DNA from: Octopus vulgaris
Lineage: Eukaryota
Assembly (NCBI GenBank): GCA_951406725.2
Contig: OX597815.1
Span: forward strand, 60,450,001 to 60,514,000
Reading direction: 5' to 3'
Length of the DNA: 64,000 bases
A model generated the notes under the pieces. The model did no database searches, had not been told where the DNA came from, and saw nothing but the letters and a program-made list of their open reading frames with translations. Position 1 is the first letter of the stretch, and every line of letters begins with the position of its first letter. This document shows positions 63,288-64,000 of the stretch, in pieces. Both the position numbers and the translations under genes were made by a program.

Positions 63288-64000
63288 TACGTATTTATAT
63301 ATAAGTTCATTTGGAATGATCCCGACATATATAGCCTATATCCTCTTTATAAAGAGCGTTCGGCTTCTTTATATGAACAACATTCGCGTGCATCGAGTAA
63401 CTTGTATGGATCACAACTCAACTGAATGGGGATATGAGAAGCTTTTCTCTTTCTTGTTCCCATTCTCATCCTATATCTCTCCCTGTCTCCGACTTATCCC
63501 TTTGTGTTTCCTTTCATATCTTCCTTTGTCACACACTTTATACATGTATATAGGCTTGCGAACATGCATTTTATGGACGGTTTAGTACGTACACATAAAT
63601 ATCAAATTATGCTTTATATGTTTATTTTAATATATATTATAATTTTCTATCGAATGAAAAATAGCAAAAAATATCAACATCAACAGCAGCGGCAGCTGTA
63701 GAACCACGACGCCACCACCAACAATAACAACAACAACCACTAAAACCACTTTTAATGTAGTTAGATGTATGATAATAACAGTGTTCTTATTTAGATATGG
63801 TATAATAGGTGTATAGATAGAAAACAACAGTGTAGTTAGAGATGTGTGAGTATAACAGTGTAGTTAGATGAGTGATAATTGCATGTGTAGTTGAATGTAT
63901 GAGAATAACGGTGTAGTTAAATGTGTGAGAATAACAGTGTAGTTAGATGATAACTGATAGTAGTAGTGTACTTATTTATTTGAGAATAAATGTTGTTAGA

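Overview
AT-rich, microsatellite-saturated eukaryotic DNA made up almost entirely of transposable elements. The SINE types and the (TA)n/(CA)n/(TAA)n landscape suggest a cephalopod (Octopus-like) genome, which is an inference. No host protein-coding gene could be supported. Most short ORFs in the track are microsatellite translations. Contents: R4/Dong-like RLE LINEs stacked in (TAA)n tracts; at least seven Penelope-like element (PLE) remnants, two of them with inverted pseudo-LTRs; a near-intact Tx1-clade LINE inserted into a SINE head with a 16-bp TSD; a full-length mariner; two Helitrons; a twin-primed RTE-like LINE; and several tRNA-derived SINEs. Three signals are not explained by the ORF track. 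(1) About a dozen minimal hammerhead-ribozyme (HHR) motifs, with covarying stems, non-canonical cores and very long stem II variants, many inside fold-back elements. (2) The Tx1 LINE shares its 3' tail with a Nin-domain SINE subfamily, and one copy of each sits inside the tRNA-like head of another SINE, pointing to a possible SINE-targeting LINE/SINE partnership. (3) Several near-perfect hairpins, including a 311-bp palindrome with a 1-nt loop and an inverted pair of tRNA-like units. All alignments, folds and coordinates were done by eye, so boundaries of decayed elements are approximate.
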